A DNA stretch of 54,753 nucleotides, taken from Nemertoderma westbladi. Lineage: Eukaryota > Animalia > Xenacoelomorpha. The stretch covers positions 1 to 54,753 of the forward strand of contig JAUCBJ010003755.1 in assembly GCA_032718475.1 (NCBI GenBank). The letters run 5' to 3'. Under the pieces are notes generated by a model. That model worked only from the letters and a program-made list of their open reading frames with translations. It was not told where the DNA came from and ran no database searches. The stretch's first letter is position 1. Every line of letters starts with the position of its first letter. Below are positions 51,101-54,753 of the stretch, in pieces. The translations under genes were made by a program, and so were the position numbers.

Positions 51101-53030
51101 CCTCAATGGTGAATACGGATGTCACCACATGAAAGCCCCTCAATGGTGAATACGGATGTCACCACATGAAAGCCCCTCAATGGTAAATACGGATGTCACC
51201 ACATGAAAGCCCCTCAATGGTGAATACGGATGTCACCACATGAAAGCCCCTCAATGGTGAATACGGATGTCACCACATGAAAGCCCCTCAATGGTGAATA
51301 CGGATGTCACCACATGAAAGCCCCTCAATGGTAAATACGGATGTCACCACATGAAAGCCCCTCAATGGTGAATACGGATGTCACCACATGAAAGCCCCTC
51401 AATGGTGAATACGGATGTCACCACATGAAAGCCCCTCAATGGTAAATACGGATGTCACCACATGAAAGCCCCTCAATGGTGAATACGGATGTCACCACAT
51501 GAAAGCCCCTCAATGGTAAATACGGATGTCACCACATGAAAGCCCCTCAATGGTGAATACGGATGTCACCACATGAAAGCCCCTCAATGGTGAATACGGA
51601 TGTCACCACATGAAAGCCCCTCAATGGTGAATACGGATGTCACCACATGAAAGCCCCTCAATGGTAAATACGGATGTCACCACATGAAAGCCCCTCAATG
51701 GTGAATACGGATGTCACCACATGAAAGCCCCTCAATGGTAAATACGGATGTCACCACATGAAAGCCCCTCAATGGTGAATACGGATGTCACCACATGAAA
51801 GCCCCTCAATGGTGAATACGGATGTCACCACATGAAAGCCCCTCAATGGTGAATACGGATGTCACCACATGAAAGCCCCTCAATGGTAAATACGGATGTC
51901 ACCACATGAAAGCCCCTCAATGGTGAATACGGATGTCACCACATGAAAGCCCCTCAATGGTAAATACGGATGTCACCACATGAAAGCCCCTCAATGGTGA
52001 ATACGGATGTCACCACATGAAAGCCCCTCAATGGTAAATACGGATGTCACCACATGAAAGCCCCTCAATGGTAAATACGGATGTCACCACATGAAAGCCC
52101 CTCAATGGTGAATACGGATGTCACCACATGAAAGCCCCTCAATGGTGAATACGGATGTCACCACATGAAAGCCCCTCAATGGTAAATACGGATGTCACCA
52201 CATGAAAGCCCCTCAATGGTAAATACGGATGTCACCACATGAAAGCCCCTCAATGGTGAATACGGATGTCACCACATGAAAGCCCCTCAATGGTAAATAC
52301 GGATGTCACCACATGAAAGCCCCTCAATGGTGAATACGGATGTCACCACATGAAAGCCCCTCAATGGTGAATACGGATGTCACCACATGAAAGCCCCTCA
52401 ATGGTAAATACGGATGTCACCACATGAAAGCCCCTCAATGGTGAATACGGATGTCACCACATGAAAGCCCCTCAATGGTGAATACGGATGTCACCACATG
52501 AAAGCCCCTCAATGGTAAATACGGATGTCACCACATGAAAGCCCCTCAATGGTGAATACGGATGTCACCACATGAAAGCCCCTCAATGGTGAATACGGAT
52601 GTCACCACATGAAAGCCCCTCAATGGTAAATACGGATGTCACCACATGAAAGCCCCTCAATGGTGAATACGGATGTCACCACATGAAAGCCCCTCAATGG
52701 TAAATACGGATGTCACCACATGAAAGCCCCTCAATGGTGAATACGGATGTCACCACATGAAAGCCCCTCAATGGTGAATACGGATGTCACCACATGAAAG
52801 CCCCTCAATGGTGAATACGGATGTCACCACATGAAAGCCCCTCAATGGTAAATACGGATGTCACCACATGAAAGCCCCTCAATGGTGAATACGGATGTCA
52901 CCACATGAAAGCCCCTCAATGGTAAATACGGATGTCACCACATGAAAGCCCCTCAATGGTGAATACGGATGTCACCACATGAAAGCCCCTCAATGGTAAA
53001 TACGGATGTCACCACATGAAAGCCCTTCTA
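48143..53030. repeat. 37-bp satellite AATGGT(A/G)AATACGGATGTCACCACATGAAAGCCCCTC (about 132 units, highly homogeneous)
   Basis: Direct 37-bp periodicity. Essentially only two frequent variant positions. Confidence 0.99.
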
Positions 53031-53134
53031 TCAAACTACGAAAACATATTTAAACATATTTTTTTGAAAAATATTTTTTTGCCGTTGGGCTTAATAGTCC
53101 CCTTAATTTGGTTTTGTAATTTATCTTAAAATAC

Positions 53135-53255
53135 CTAAACAACGGAGTAGAAAGCCGGTTCCATCGTTGTTGACATCAGCCTGGTACACAGAGCACTTAT
53201 CGTAGTTGAGGCCGCAGGTGTGGCAGACTACCACGGTTGGGGAGTCAGTGTTGAT
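53135..53255 (-). CDS. DPP4/DPP6/DPP10-like exon (INTDSPTVVVCHTCGLNYDKCSVYQADVNNDGTGFLLRCLG)
   Basis: Acceptor ctgcag|ATC and donor TTAG|gtattt. Cys pattern C..C......C..Y.........L.C.GP of the S9B beta-propeller end. Phase 0-1. Confidence 0.88.
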
Positions 53256-53402
53256 CTGCAGTTGATAATATAAATAATTAATCTTTAGTAAATCAGAAAT
53301 AATAAATCATTATTAAATTACAGAAAAAAATACTTAAACGTATTGAAGCGATTGGCGATGCGAATATTACACCGCAGAATGTGATTGCGATGCTCCAATA
53401 TT

Positions 53403-53795
53403 ACGCCACCGCAGTAACACATAATACGCCGCCGCAGTAACACATAATACGCCGCCGCAGTAACACATAATACGCCGCCGCAGTAACACATAATACGCCG
53501 CCGCAGTAACACATAATACGCCGCCGCAGTAACACATAATACGCCGCCGCAGTAACACATAATACGCCGCCGCAGTAACACATAATACGCCGCTGCAGTA
53601 ACACATAATACGCCGCCGCAGTAACACATAATACGCCGCCGCAGTAACACATAATACGCCGCCGCAGTAACACATGATAACGCCGCCGCAGTAACACATA
53701 TAACGCCGCTGCAGTAACACATAATACGCCGCCGCAGTAACACATAATACGCCGCCGCAGTAACAGATAATACGCCGCCGCAGTAACACATAATA
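53403..53795. repeat. 23-bp minisatellite CGCCGCCGCAGTAACACATAATA (about 17 units)
   Basis: Direct periodicity. Confidence 0.98.
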
Positions 53796-53849
53796 AGGCG
53801 ACTTTGTTTGTTTTCTCCAGCCTGGGGAGGATGAGCAGTTGGATGCTAC

Positions 53850-53874
53850 CTGGACTCCGCCTTGAAGTGCGGCA
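53850..53874 (-). CDS. Candidate small exon of the DPP-like gene (25 nt, (S)AALQGGVQ; alternative 72-nt version ending at 53803)
   Basis: Acceptor ttatacag|T. Donor CAG|gtagca gives phase 0, matching the next exon. It is a GC-rich island in AT-rich flank. Protein similarity is weak. Confidence 0.35.
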
Positions 53875-53980
53875 CTGTATAACATAATGAAACGAAGAGT
53901 TTCTTTACAAAATTCTCAATATTTAAAATTGATAAAGAAAACTAGATTATTAAGAGAAAAAATGAAAAATGGTTCACATG

Positions 53981-54706
53981 GGGGGGGGGGGGGTACACCA
54001 AGGGGGGGTACACCAAGGGGCGGGGGTACACCAAGGGGGGGGTACACCAAGGGGGGGGGGGTACACCATTTTCGGACAATTCTTCGATTTATCTCTCTCA
54101 GCATTTCAAAATTATTTGGTTTTTGGCTATAATTTGGAGTATAGGTACCTAAAATGCTATTCTACATGATTGCTCAGAAAATTTTATTTTCGCTATTTAA
54201 TATTAGTTAATACAAGTTAACAATAATAAAAATTAATTGCGCTTAAAACCCTTAAGGCTTTTAAAGTTCTAAATTTAAACACATGAAAGTTTTTTTATAT
54301 GATAGATCAAAGATGGCGCAACATAACTATCAGGCAAAATTTTGTGAAAATAATTCTGCGCCGCTAGGTGGCGTAGCTAATTTATGCTATTTTTTGAGTT
54401 TGTTATAAATAGTATTAAATTTTATTAACAAAAAATTTCAAAAAGTTGTCTGTTACTTTTATGCAGGGTGGCTAATGAGACACCCACAGTAGGGTTTTGA
54501 AGTTGACAATTTCCCAAATAAAATATTTGGAGATAATCGACCTTTCATTATACATAGTAATAGTAATTTCAATAGGATTCCCTAAATGGAAATTGTTACA
54601 ACTTGAAAACTAAAAGAGCTATTAAATAGCGGTTTTCAGATTTGGAAACACCATTTAATCGATCGTAAAAATAATGTCGCAATATTTTGGACCAAAATGG
54701 TGTACC
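53981..54706. mobile_element. MITE-like element with TIR GGTACACCATTTT and candidate CATG TSD; left terminus amplified as (G)nTACACCAA
   Basis: GTACACCATTTT at 54061-54072 versus AAAATGGTGTACC at 54694-54706. CATG at 53977-53980 and 54707-54710. Confidence 0.6.
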
Positions 54707-54753
54707 CATGACCTACTATAACAGTCTGTAACAGTCTACTACTGTTATAGTAG

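Noticed and set aside
48143-53030. 37-bp hairpin-containing repeat as a CRISPR array
   Set aside because: Units are head-to-tail with no spacers.
53318-53791. Cys/Tyr-rich ORFs (MCYCGGVLCV...)
   Set aside because: Translation of the 23-bp minisatellite.

Overview
Eukaryotic, probably invertebrate, genomic DNA with no prokaryotic signal. Most of the ORF track is artefact from stop-poor tandem repeats. (1) A minus-strand dipeptidyl-peptidase IV family (S9B, DPP4/DPP6/DPP10-like) gene can be read across the window as four well-supported exons (53135-53255, 47173-47319, 13965-14150, 12180-12318) plus one weaker candidate exon (about 53850-53874). Splice phases are compatible. The gene looks catalytically degenerate, and the last exon carries two frameshifts. 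(2) Each intron contains a different tandem array (15-, about 35-, 31/49-, 37- and 23-bp units) starting about 55-140 nt after the splice donor. One intron is 33 kb. (3) A decayed full-length BEL/Pao LTR retrotransposon (17710-35461, AACCC TSD) sits inside the 31-bp satellite. It has unequal LTRs and a nested RTE LINE fragment. Its most interesting feature is a second, roughly 1,200-codon sense ORF after integrase. This ORF appears to encode a WRN/EXD/mut-7-like DEDDy 3'-5' exonuclease, three CCHC zinc knuckles and an RG-rich tail, rather than env. (4) Also present: a second RTE fragment, MITE-like elements, a tRNA-like SINE head and a probable LTR end at the left edge. All protein family calls come from motif recognition by eye and need HMM or structure confirmation.
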